A DNA stretch of 43,259 nucleotides. It comes from an uncultured bacterium (GTDB taxonomy: Bacteria > Latescibacterota > Latescibacteria > Latescibacterales > Latescibacteraceae). A program made the position numbers and the translations under genes. The notes under the pieces are model-generated. The model ran no database searches and had not been told where the DNA came from. It saw nothing but the letters and a program-made list of their open reading frames with translations. The stretch lies in NCBI GenBank assembly GCA_964400815.1, contig CAYNWJ010000002.1:1-43259 (forward strand), in the 5' to 3' direction. Position 1 is the first letter of the stretch, and each line of letters starts with the position of its first letter. This document shows positions 33,935-42,517 of the stretch, piece after piece.

Positions 33935-34463
33935 ACTGCTCGTGGAAATCGGCGAGGACCCCGACAGGGAAGGGCTTCTCAAAACACCCGAACGGTTCGC
34001 GAAAGCGCTCGGTTTTCTGACACAGGGCTACACCAAGACAGCGGGCCAGGTCATCAACGAGGCGGTATTCCAGTCCGAAGTCAACAACATGATCATCGCC
34101 CGCGACATCGAGATATACAGCCTCTGTGAACATCACATGCTGCCGTTTTTCGGCCGCTGCCACATCGGCTACATTCCCAATGACAAAATCCTCGGAATCA
34201 GCAAGCTGGCCCGTCTTGTGGAGGTCTATTCCCGAAGGCTCCAGATACAGGAGCGGCTCACTGCGCAGGTGGCCCGGGAGATCATGGACTCCATCGACGC
34301 GCAGGGAGTGGGCGTGGTCATCGAATGCCGCCATCTCTGCATGATGATGCGGGGCGTGGAGAAACAGAACTCGGTGATGACCACGTCATCCGTTCTCGGC
34401 TGTTTTCACGACGAGGAGGCCACACGGGCGGAATTCCTCTCCCTCATCAACAGGCAATCCTGA
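33900..34463 (+). CDS. folE: GTP cyclohydrolase I
   Basis: 187-aa ORF that overlaps the folK 3-prime end by 35 nt. Motifs REGLLKTPERFAKA, SLCEHHMLPFFG.CHIGYIP, LQIQERLT, ECRHLCMMMRGV. Confidence 0.95.
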   Translation: MKEEKVKNLVRELLVEIGEDPDREGLLKTPERFAKALGFLTQGYTKTAGQVINEAVFQSEVNNMIIARDIEIYSLCEHHMLPFFGRCHIGYIPNDKILGISKLARLVEVYSRRLQIQERLTAQVAREIMDSIDAQGVGVVIECRHLCMMMRGVEKQNSVMTTSSVLGCFHDEEATRAEFLSLINRQS

Positions 34464-34586
34464 TAATCCGAAAGCCGGTTGTCCAGTCAATCAAGCGCGT
34501 TGCTTTTCGTCATGACACCCCCCTTCGGACTTCGACCTCGTCCCGCTCACAGGGGGGTCCATGTACCGCCGACGCTTCCATCACCG

Positions 34587-34607
34587 GCTTCCCCTGTCAG
34601 GGGAGGC
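34587..34607. terminator. GC-rich hairpin in the convergent folE/bcp spacer (possible bidirectional terminator)
   Basis: gcttcccct-gtc-aggggaggc forms a 9-bp stem (one G-U pair) with a 3-nt loop. No adjacent T-run, so terminator function is uncertain. Confidence 0.25.
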
Positions 34608-34721
34608 GCCGCGACAGTGGCGGAGGGGTTATATAATCGTCTTGTCAGCGCTGCTATAAATACCCGTGCCTCCGCATCATGCGTTGCATGCCGGACTGGA
34701 CGCCCGGATTCCGAAAACGCA

Positions 34722-35186
34722 TCAGCCTTCGAGCGCCTCTTTCGCCTTCGGTACGGTGTCGAGGGGCTTGACCTTGTACCACGCTCCCGCGATCGTTCCG
34801 TCGCCGTCCACGAGGAACGACGAACGGATGATGCCCATGCTCTTTCTGCCGTACATGTTCTTCCCGCCCCATGCCCCCCATGCCTCGGCGACAGCATGAT
34901 CGGTGTCCGAGAGCAGGGGGAATCCGAGACCGTACTTGTCTTCGAATTTCTTCTGCTTCTCCGGGGTGTCGGGACTGATCCCCACGGCGTCGATGCCCAG
35001 CTGTGAAAGATCGGGCAGCGATTCGCTCACGCTGCACGCCTGCTTTGTACAGCCGGGGGTGTCGGCCCGCGGATAGAAATAGACGAGCAGGCTTCTCCCT
35101 GCAAAATCCGAAAGCTTCACGGTCCCGCCGTTCTGGTCGGTCAGTTCGAACGACGGCGCGGTGTCCCCTTTTTTCAGTGTCGCCAT
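34722..35186 (-). CDS. bcp: Thioredoxin-dependent peroxiredoxin Bcp
   Basis: Track ORF trimmed to ATG 35186 (GGGAGG upstream). GDTAPSFELTDQNG, LVYFYPRADTPGCTKQAC (peroxidatic Cys motif), GISPDTPEKQKKFEDKYGLGFPLLSD. Confidence 0.9.
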   Translation of the reverse strand: MATLKKGDTAPSFELTDQNGGTVKLSDFAGRSLLVYFYPRADTPGCTKQACSVSESLPDLSQLGIDAVGISPDTPEKQKKFEDKYGLGFPLLSDTDHAVAEAWGAWGGKNMYGRKSMGIIRSSFLVDGDGTIAGAWYKVKPLDTVPKAKEALEG

Positions 35187-35254
35187 GATACGCCTCCCTG
35201 TACGATGCGGTTGATTGTCATTCTCATCCATGTAAGGCGCCGGACAGGAAATGG

Positions 35255-36400
35255 TTACAGCGAAACCACCTCCATGTTCCCAGCCGCGCGGTGGGCAATG
35301 AGGGCCACACGGGTCATTTCGAAGGCATCCGCCTGCGGGACCACGTGGGGCGGCCCTCCCCTGAGCTCCCCGATGAAATCCCCGAAGAACGATCGCTCCT
35401 CCGGAAGCTCCAGATCGACGGGCTCCTCAGATTGGGTGATGAGTTCCACACGCGTGGCCAGGTCCTTGATCTCCACCACACCCTCCGAGCCGATGACCCG
35501 AAGCCGGTCATCCCCGTGCGTGGGCGCGGTCTCCGGCCGGAGATAGTCGATGTTGATCATGGCGGCGCCGCCGTTGTCGAAGCGCAGGGTCATGCCCGCA
35601 TAGTCCTGGAATCCCGGATAGTCAGGATGATCCCTGTTCCCCTGATAGGCGAACACATCGGTATAGGACAGGCCCGTGGTGTAACGGATGTAGTCGAGGG
35701 CATGGATGCCCACCCACGGGATCGTGCCGCCATAGGTCTCCTCACGCTTGTAGAACCACGGTCTGCCCGCTCCGAACTTGTAGGATTTCTGCCCCGTCGC
35801 AAGGATGGGCTCGCCGATCCTCCCCCCTCTGACCGCGTCGTGGAGCGCCCGGAACACCGGCATCATGCGCATGTTGTGCATGGCGGTGAGGCGAACGCCG
35901 CTGCTGACCACGGTATCCAGAAGGCGCGCATAGTCCGCGAGGTTCGTGGCGACCGGTTTTTCGGTGATGACGTGGCATCCACGCGCCGCCGCGGCGATGG
36001 AGGCGGCGGCGTTTTGGTAATAGGGCAGGCACACGCCCACCACGTCGGGCTTCTCGCGGTCGAGCATTTCCTCATAGCCATCATAGCGCCCGGCCCCCGG
36101 CGGCAGGTCCATCTGCGAAGAGCCAAGGTCGGATATGGCGGCGAGGGTGACATGCTCGAGGGAAGGTATCGCGCCGAGAACGATGGACGCATGGCCCACG
36201 ACGCCTATCATCGCCACACGGATCGGCGCGTCCGGCGCGAACGGTTGTATCGGGCGGCGAAAGAGCGATTCCTCCACCCTGCCGATACCGGCTTCGGCCT
36301 TCCTTCCGCCGAACAGGGCGCCCGCCGCCAGCATTCCGGCTCCTGTCATGCTTTCGCGCCGTGAGATACCGGCCGTGTTTCGCCTGTCTTCAGCATCCAT
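35255..36400 (-). CDS. Gfo/Idh/MocA-family oxidoreductase with twin-arginine (Tat) signal
   Basis: Track ORF trimmed to ATG 36400 (GGGAGGA upstream). Tat-like ISRRESMTGAGMLAAGALFG. Rossmann IRVAMIGVVGHA. EKPVA motif (ITEKPVATN). Confidence 0.8.
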   Translation of the reverse strand: MDAEDRRNTAGISRRESMTGAGMLAAGALFGGRKAEAGIGRVEESLFRRPIQPFAPDAPIRVAMIGVVGHASIVLGAIPSLEHVTLAAISDLGSSQMDLPPGAGRYDGYEEMLDREKPDVVGVCLPYYQNAAASIAAAARGCHVITEKPVATNLADYARLLDTVVSSGVRLTAMHNMRMMPVFRALHDAVRGGRIGEPILATGQKSYKFGAGRPWFYKREETYGGTIPWVGIHALDYIRYTTGLSYTDVFAYQGNRDHPDYPGFQDYAGMTLRFDNGGAAMINIDYLRPETAPTHGDDRLRVIGSEGVVEIKDLATRVELITQSEEPVDLELPEERSFFGDFIGELRGGPPHVVPQADAFEMTRVALIAHRAAGNMEVVSL

Positions 36401-36505
36401 GCAATCCTCCCTATCCGTTGTATGCCGCCCGTGTGACCGTTTTCGGGCGGCGTTCGTCACGATACCACCGGTAATCTGCGCCCATTTCTTCACCGAAGGA
36501 CGTAT

Positions 36506-38485
36506 TCATCGTATGGTTTCATCATCGAGAAATTCGTTCCAGACCGTCTCGAACCAGACATCGTCATCCGGGATGGGCCGCACGGGCTCCCATTCAAACC
36601 GGCAGTCGCCCCCGTTCCATACAGCCGACTGTATCATGTCCGACAAATCGTCATCCGGCATCGAGAAGGACACTTCAGCCGGGATTCCCTCCGATTGTTG
36701 TACGCTTCCACTCTCCTTCCGCACGATGAAGGAGCCCCGGCTCTTCCCGCCCCGGTCGATGTAGTCCGCGACAGCCGCGAGAATCATCCGCTGGCAGGCG
36801 AGAAGATCGCGGTTCCCGAACGCCGCGGGAAGCTCCCCGATGGAAGCGAGGACGGTCTCTTCGGCGAGGTTTTCGAAATCGCGCAATGCCTCGTCAGCCC
36901 CATCGGCGGCCGCTTGCCGGTCACGCACGATCCCGCCGCACCGGTCCATGCGTTCCTGTATGCGCTGACGTATGGCTGAGACCGTACCCCCGCCGCCGGC
37001 CGTTGCCGCGAAACGCTCCCCGAGGTCCATGAGTTCTCCCGCCTGCGCGCCGCAGATTGCGATGAAGTCCCCGGTCTCCGGCGGCTCGCCGCGATAGCGC
37101 CGGGCAATGAACTGCGCCGCGCGCGTGCTTCCCGTCTGGCCCGCGTTCAGGGCGCTTCCGCCGGGCCTGCGCACCCCGTGGCCGCCGTTCGCCTCACCCA
37201 CCGGAAAGAGATGCCGGAGCGGGCTTTCCCACCACATATTCCCCGAAAGTCCGCCGTTCATGTGCTGGGCGCAGACGGCGATCTCGAGACGGTCGCGGCG
37301 CAGGTCGGTGCCGTTGTCCCGGAAAAGCTCGTATGCCGGACGGTTCATGTGCTCGAGACGGTCTATCGGAGCGCCGAAAAGCGCCCCCGAGCGTTCGAGA
37401 TAGGAGCGTGTCTCCCCGGAGAGCAGGGTGAAATCGAGCCGGCCCTCTTTCGATGCCGACGGGGGATTTGTCCGGTAATCCAGCCACACGCGCCGTCCGC
37501 GGATGACCGTTTCGCGATAGACGAGCAGATCCACGAGGGAGGAACCGAATCCCGCAGCCTTCGAGGCATCGAAAGGCCACTGGTAGCCCTTGAGGAATAC
37601 GGCGTCCAGCATCGCACCCGGGGAGGGGAAGCAGCCGTCGAGAACGTCCCGCTCATCCCCGCCTTGCGCGTCGGTGGAAACATACCGGGGCAGCACCTGC
37701 TGATAGGCGCCTGAAAGATTCCAGCGGAACCCGACGGAAGCGATGCCGAACTGGGACTCCGTGAGGTTGCATCCGGGCGCTCCCGCCAGAAACGCCGCTC
37801 CGGTGGCGCCCTCCTGGAGGACGGGCCATACCGAGGCGCCGTACATGCCCGCCGGCCCGCCGGTGGCATACACGATGTTCGTGCAGTTGAACAGCACATA
37901 TCGTCCGCCGGGATCGTCGAGCCGCCCGGCATCGAGGGCGAGAAGCCCCGCAGCGCGCGTCCCCCCCGCATCTGTCAGCACGCCGATTATATGGTAACCG
38001 TCGAAGATGGCGATGTTCCTGTCCCCGACATCCGCGCGGAGTCGTTCCGCCATGTACCGTGAGGTGAGAGGGCCGGCCGAGGTGGCGCGCCGGCGGGGAT
38101 CGTGATCTGTCCTGTAGCCCGCGTATTCGCCGCAGCGCGTGTGGGGAAAAGGCACTCCAGCCTCCACCAGCCGGAAAAAGCAGCGCGCCGAAAGCGCCGC
38201 CTCCACGAGGGCGATGTCTCCGTGCATGGCCCCGCCGCCGTGGAGCGTCTCCGCCATTTCGCGGACGGAATCGCCTTCCCTCCCGGCAAGGGTGAGTTTG
38301 TAATAGGTCTGCTTGTCGGAGCCGGTATTGAGCGAGGTCCCCCGTTCGAGACCGTCCGTCACCACGGCGATATCGGTCTGGCCGAAAGAATGGAGCCGGC
38401 CTGCCGCGTTCAGCCCGGCCGCGCCCGATCCGGCCACGACGGTGTTCAGGGAGAACACGCGCACCGTGCGGCCCATCAATGTCAT
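36506..38485 (-). CDS. FAD-binding flavoprotein of the succinate dehydrogenase/fumarate reductase/L-aspartate oxidase (FAD_binding_2) type
   Basis: Start is ATG 38485, or GTG 38500, which lies 4 nt after GGGAGG. VVAGSGAAGLNAAGRL (GxGxxG). HMNGGL...FPVGEANGGHGVRRPGGSALNAGQTG resembles the C-terminal FAD-contact motif. No signal peptide. Confidence 0.75.
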   Translation of the reverse strand: MTLMGRTVRVFSLNTVVAGSGAAGLNAAGRLHSFGQTDIAVVTDGLERGTSLNTGSDKQTYYKLTLAGREGDSVREMAETLHGGGAMHGDIALVEAALSARCFFRLVEAGVPFPHTRCGEYAGYRTDHDPRRRATSAGPLTSRYMAERLRADVGDRNIAIFDGYHIIGVLTDAGGTRAAGLLALDAGRLDDPGGRYVLFNCTNIVYATGGPAGMYGASVWPVLQEGATGAAFLAGAPGCNLTESQFGIASVGFRWNLSGAYQQVLPRYVSTDAQGGDERDVLDGCFPSPGAMLDAVFLKGYQWPFDASKAAGFGSSLVDLLVYRETVIRGRRVWLDYRTNPPSASKEGRLDFTLLSGETRSYLERSGALFGAPIDRLEHMNRPAYELFRDNGTDLRRDRLEIAVCAQHMNGGLSGNMWWESPLRHLFPVGEANGGHGVRRPGGSALNAGQTGSTRAAQFIARRYRGEPPETGDFIAICGAQAGELMDLGERFAATAGGGGTVSAIRQRIQERMDRCGGIVRDRQAAADGADEALRDFENLAEETVLASIGELPAAFGNRDLLACQRMILAAVADYIDRGGKSRGSFIVRKESGSVQQSEGIPAEVSFSMPDDDLSDMIQSAVWNGGDCRFEWEPVRPIPDDDVWFETVWNEFLDDETIR

Positions 38486-38561
38486 CGTATCTTCGCGCAC
38501 CGAACCTCCCGAAAAATCCGTTCGCCCGTAACGGGCGGACGGCACACAGCCGCCGGTCCGT

Positions 38562-40004
38562 TTACCGGAACATCCCGCGGATCATGTCCGTGAGCGGCCC
38601 CCATTTCTTCACGACGAGGAACACCACGCTGACACAGGTGACCGCGAGGGAAAGCAGCATCGCACCGTTCCACAGCATCGCCGAACGTCCCTTCGGACGG
38701 TCGTCGCCGAGATAGCGTGTGCTGTTCTGCAGCACGAACCATCCGATATAGGGGATCGGGAGCATGATCAGACAGAAAGCCGAGGTGGGCAGGGCTATCC
38801 AGGTCCCGAGGGACGACCACAGCACCACGCCCAGGAAGGCGGGAGCCGGAAGCAGGCAGGCCAGGCGATAGTTCCACCCGCCCGGCTCCAGACCGAAAAT
38901 CTCGCAGACGGCGAAACCCGACACCAGCATGTGAAGCGTTATCGTGCTCAGGGCCATGCCGAGCACCCCCAGCCCGAAGATGATGCGCCCGAAGAACGGA
39001 CCGACGCCGGCGGCCCCGATCATGACACCGGCGTTCGCGGGGTTGATCGTCGCTGACGCGTGTTCGGTCCCGTAAATGGTGCATGCCGCGGAAATGACGA
39101 CCAGGGCGGTCACGAGGGCATAGGGCATGAACATGCCGGTCATGATGTCGAATGTGGCGAGGCCGCGATGCTCCTTGCCCCATCCGCGGGCGAGGAGCGT
39201 GTAGCCGAAGAGGAATGTCATGTTGACGCCGACCGCCGCGCTGAAAGCCGCCATGACCTGCGTGACCCCCGCCGGATCGCGGGGTATATACAGGGGCAAA
39301 AATCCACGTAAAAGCGCGCCCCAGTCGATGGCCCCGGCAATCGCGCTCCTGATGACCACGAGGAAAAACGCTCCCACGATCATGAATATGAATCCCTTGA
39401 GCAGCCGCTCATAGAGCCTGATGCCGCCGAATCCGCGCCCGTAATTCCAGGTTATCGCCGTGGAGACCGCGAGGATCAGGAGCCCGACAGCCAGGAGTGT
39501 CAGCGTCCGGACGGCGCCGTCGGGTTGCCAGCCGGTCAGGGCCGTGATCATATCCTCGCTCACCCCGGCGGCCAGGGCATATTGCGGAAGGTGCCAGACC
39601 ACGGTGGCCACGAGGGTGGCAATCGCCCACATCCAGGCGAATGCCGGATGAACGAACCGCTTCATGGTGTCGAAGGGACGAACACAGGTGGACAGTGTCT
39701 GGTGCGCCGCCGCCATGAGCATGATGATGCCCGCCAGCATGGCCAGCGGCTGCACCCACAGGAGCTTGTAGCCGTAATGTGTACCCAGGTAGAGCGACGC
39801 CATGGCGGTGCCGCTCCCGAGCGTGAAGGCGCTCTGGAGGAACCCGGGGCCCGTTTTCGAGAAATACCACCTCCAGCGTTTCCCGACGGGGGCGTCCTCC
39901 AGGCTCTTCAGTTCGCCGCGCTCCCGTTCCAGCATCTCGGGATCGGACGCGGTGAACAGGGGCAGGCCGCAGATTTCGGGCCGCGTATCGTCTCTTTCAG
40001 TCAT
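38562..40004 (-). CDS. NRAMP-fold (MntH-related) transporter with a non-canonical binding site
   Basis: 480-aa polytopic ORF with AAAGGA upstream of ATG 40004. GPGFLQSAFTLGSGTAMASLYLGTHYGYKLLWV aligns by eye with MntH GPGFL......DPGN......GY.LLW, but DPGN is replaced by GSGT. Confidence 0.65.
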   Translation of the reverse strand: MTERDDTRPEICGLPLFTASDPEMLERERGELKSLEDAPVGKRWRWYFSKTGPGFLQSAFTLGSGTAMASLYLGTHYGYKLLWVQPLAMLAGIIMLMAAAHQTLSTCVRPFDTMKRFVHPAFAWMWAIATLVATVVWHLPQYALAAGVSEDMITALTGWQPDGAVRTLTLLAVGLLILAVSTAITWNYGRGFGGIRLYERLLKGFIFMIVGAFFLVVIRSAIAGAIDWGALLRGFLPLYIPRDPAGVTQVMAAFSAAVGVNMTFLFGYTLLARGWGKEHRGLATFDIMTGMFMPYALVTALVVISAACTIYGTEHASATINPANAGVMIGAAGVGPFFGRIIFGLGVLGMALSTITLHMLVSGFAVCEIFGLEPGGWNYRLACLLPAPAFLGVVLWSSLGTWIALPTSAFCLIMLPIPYIGWFVLQNSTRYLGDDRPKGRSAMLWNGAMLLSLAVTCVSVVFLVVKKWGPLTDMIRGMFR

Positions 40005-40056
40005 GAACGTCCTTTCGGGATGGTTACGAATCCGTCACAGGACCATGCGCCGGGAT

Positions 40057-41499
40057 TCACCGCCCGAACATGGCCTCGTAGTGGGCGGACGGGAGAAATA
40101 TCCCCCCGCTTCTTTCATAGAAATCACCGTCCAGCTCGAACACCCCGTCCACCGCCTCCGTCCAGGAAGCGCCGGCGCAGGGGTGCTTTTCCTTCATGGC
40201 CTGCCAGTTACGGTAATTCTGATGACCGTTGGTCTCGAGAAGACCCGTACCCAGACCGGGGAACGGTGCGAGCCGTGCGGCCACGTTCTTGTTCCAGTCC
40301 ACGAGGATGGGATTCACCGTAAGGTCGGCGCAGAAACAGGGTATCCCGCGCTCGTGGGCGGTTTTCGCAATCTTCAGGGTCATGCTCAGGGTCTTGGCGA
40401 TGGGCTTGAGAGCGATGGCGCCGTACCCCATCTCGATGCGCCTGGCCGCGTCGGTGTCGGTGTGGGCGCTCTCGTCGGCGGCGATGCGGACACCCATGCC
40501 GCCCACATCCGCCTCGTATTCCTCCGGGAAGGGTTCCTCGATGACGGCGATACGGTCGCGGGCGCCGATACGGTCTGCGTGATCGAGAAGCCGGAGCAGG
40601 GCCTCCTTCGTCTCGTAGCGCCCGTTGGCGTCGAAATAGTACGGCAGCCGGCCGTCTTCGGTCCAGGGCGTTTCGCGGCCGCCGATGGCGTCATGAATGG
40701 CGGAGAGACGGGCCATATCCTTTTCGAGCATCTCCTCCTGGCTTCCCGGCTGGCCGATCTTGATCTTCATGAAGAAGAAACCGTCGTCAACCGCCCCGAC
40801 GATCTCGCTGACGGGAACGCCATAGGCCATGAGCGGGATCGCCGCCACGCGGTCGTGACGGTGCGCGAGAACCGGGCGGTATTCCGGGGGGATCATGTCG
40901 TCGAAACTCCCGATCCCCCGTTCGGCGGCATACAGGAGCCACGCGGCGTTGTCGAATCCCACAAGGGCGTTGAGGGCGAAGGTCTTCCTGAGGGCGTCAT
41001 TGCCCGTGATCGTTTTGCCGTACGCGCAGACATCCCCGAGAACGGCGTCGAGCAGCTCGATGGGCGTGGAGAAGCTCATTCCCCGCGCACGGCGGAGGGC
41101 GAACTCCGTCATGGCGTACATGAGGGCGTTCCCGCCGCTCTCCGAGTGGGCGGCGAACACCGAAGCGTCCGACCACAGCACACTCTGGGTGCAGAGGCCG
41201 ATCCCGTGTGCGCCGGATTCCCCCGCCATGAGCGCCGCCGTCTGCCATATCTCAGACATGTAGCCGCCCTTGAACCCGAACGGCCGCACGAGAGGCTCGC
41301 GCTCGAAATCGGCGTCCACGTCTGTCAGGGTCGTTGCTTTTTGTGTCATCGCTCCGTCCGTTTCGTCACCTGCGACTGCCGCTGCCGTCCCGACACCGGC
41401 CATGGCCGCGCAGAAAGCGCCCGCACCGGCGGCCCGCCCGAGAAATCCCCGCCGAGTCCGGCCGCATGCAGAACCCCTTTGCGTGTCATGACCGGTCAT
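40057..41499 (-). CDS. Enolase-superfamily (mandelate racemase/muconate lactonizing enzyme-like) protein with Tat signal
   Basis: Start is ATG 41499 (alternative ATG 41541). RTRRGFLGRAAGAGAFCAAMAGVGTAAAVAG is a twin-arginine signal. Metal and acid-base motifs: FFMKIKIG, YYFDANGRY, AVIEEPF, RIAADES. Confidence 0.75.
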   Translation of the reverse strand: MTGHDTQRGSACGRTRRGFLGRAAGAGAFCAAMAGVGTAAAVAGDETDGAMTQKATTLTDVDADFEREPLVRPFGFKGGYMSEIWQTAALMAGESGAHGIGLCTQSVLWSDASVFAAHSESGGNALMYAMTEFALRRARGMSFSTPIELLDAVLGDVCAYGKTITGNDALRKTFALNALVGFDNAAWLLYAAERGIGSFDDMIPPEYRPVLAHRHDRVAAIPLMAYGVPVSEIVGAVDDGFFFMKIKIGQPGSQEEMLEKDMARLSAIHDAIGGRETPWTEDGRLPYYFDANGRYETKEALLRLLDHADRIGARDRIAVIEEPFPEEYEADVGGMGVRIAADESAHTDTDAARRIEMGYGAIALKPIAKTLSMTLKIAKTAHERGIPCFCADLTVNPILVDWNKNVAARLAPFPGLGTGLLETNGHQNYRNWQAMKEKHPCAGASWTEAVDGVFELDGDFYERSGGIFLPSAHYEAMFGR

Positions 41500-41524
41500 G
41501 CCGCGCCCGCCGGTTGAGGACGTG

Positions 41525-42475
41525 TCAGATGAGCCCCGCATCGGCGAGCAGGCCGCGCAGGGCGTTCAGGTCCTTCTTCATGATTTCCGTGGCCCCGCGC
41601 CGCGTTTCCTCGTAGTGATATTCGAAGTGCATGGTCACCGGCGCCACGACCCCCAGTTCGCGCACCAGGTCGAAATACGCCGCGAAATCGACCATTCCCT
41701 CGCCGATGGGCGTGTTCACCACCCGCCATTTCCCATCGACCACACCCCACTTGAAGTCCTTGATCACAAGGGAGCCGATGAAGGGCCTGATCAGCCTGAG
41801 GCCGAGGGGCCAGGAGGTCCCGCCCTCCACCGTGGCGTGCCGTATGTCATACTGACAGCCGATGTGACGGGGATCGAGGTTTTTGAGGGCATACCAGATG
41901 TCCCACACCGTGGCCCCCACGTTCGTGCCGGCATGGTTCTGATAATCACCGCGGATACCGAGCGAGGCGTTCAGGTCAGCCAGGGCGCCCAGCCGGGAAC
42001 GGTGGGCTTCAAGGGATTCGGCGACTCCCTTTTCGAGGTCGTAGTTCAGGTAGCCGAGGCGGTAGATGCGAAATCCCTCCTTCGCCGCCGTTCCGAGCAC
42101 GGTCTCCGCGTGGGGGCTGTCGGGACCGGTGACCGCGGTGGTGATCATGGTGGTGTCGAGGCCGTTCTGCCGCACGGCTTCCGCGGCGCGGGGCAGGTCT
42201 TCCGCCGCCCGTTCGGGGAGAACATGCCCCCCCGGCCGCGTGGGAATATCGACACCGTCGAAACCGATTTCCTTCGCCGTCTCCGCCATTTCGGGATAGT
42301 CGAGGAACTGGAGATGTTTCGTGAACACGCAGACGCCGGTCACCCGGCCCTTTCCGCCGGTCTGCGCGGAAGCCGGTCCCGGCGTGAACGCTCCCGCGGC
42401 GAGCGCGGCCGTCCCTCCCATGAATTGACGGCGGCTCATGGCTTTCGCCGCATGTTCCGTCGTGTCACCGTGCAT
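41525..42475 (-). CDS. Xylose-isomerase-like TIM-barrel sugar phosphate isomerase/epimerase family protein with Tat signal
   Basis: 316-aa ORF with GAGGAG 6 nt upstream of ATG 42475. MSRRQFMGGTAALAAGAFTPGPASAQ is a twin-arginine signal. FDGVDI.., YQNHAG, VTMHFEY are typical of the AP-endonuclease-2/xylose-isomerase-like fold. Confidence 0.8.
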   Translation of the reverse strand: MHGDTTEHAAKAMSRRQFMGGTAALAAGAFTPGPASAQTGGKGRVTGVCVFTKHLQFLDYPEMAETAKEIGFDGVDIPTRPGGHVLPERAAEDLPRAAEAVRQNGLDTTMITTAVTGPDSPHAETVLGTAAKEGFRIYRLGYLNYDLEKGVAESLEAHRSRLGALADLNASLGIRGDYQNHAGTNVGATVWDIWYALKNLDPRHIGCQYDIRHATVEGGTSWPLGLRLIRPFIGSLVIKDFKWGVVDGKWRVVNTPIGEGMVDFAAYFDLVRELGVVAPVTMHFEYHYEETRRGATEIMKKDLNALRGLLADAGLI

Positions 42476-42517
42476 TGTCGTCTCCTCGTTTCGGGCGTGG
42501 CGGCCTTCCCGGCCGTG

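Noticed and set aside
34479-35006. 175-aa plus-strand ORF spanning the folE/bcp spacer and running antisense into bcp
   Set aside because: It has no RBS, it is antisense to a canonical peroxiredoxin, and its content is Pro/Ala/Arg-rich shadow sequence.
35291-36364. 357-aa plus-strand ORF opposite the Tat-Gfo/Idh/MocA gene
   Set aside because: It is an antisense shadow ORF, and the sense strand has a Tat signal, a Rossmann motif and an EKP motif.
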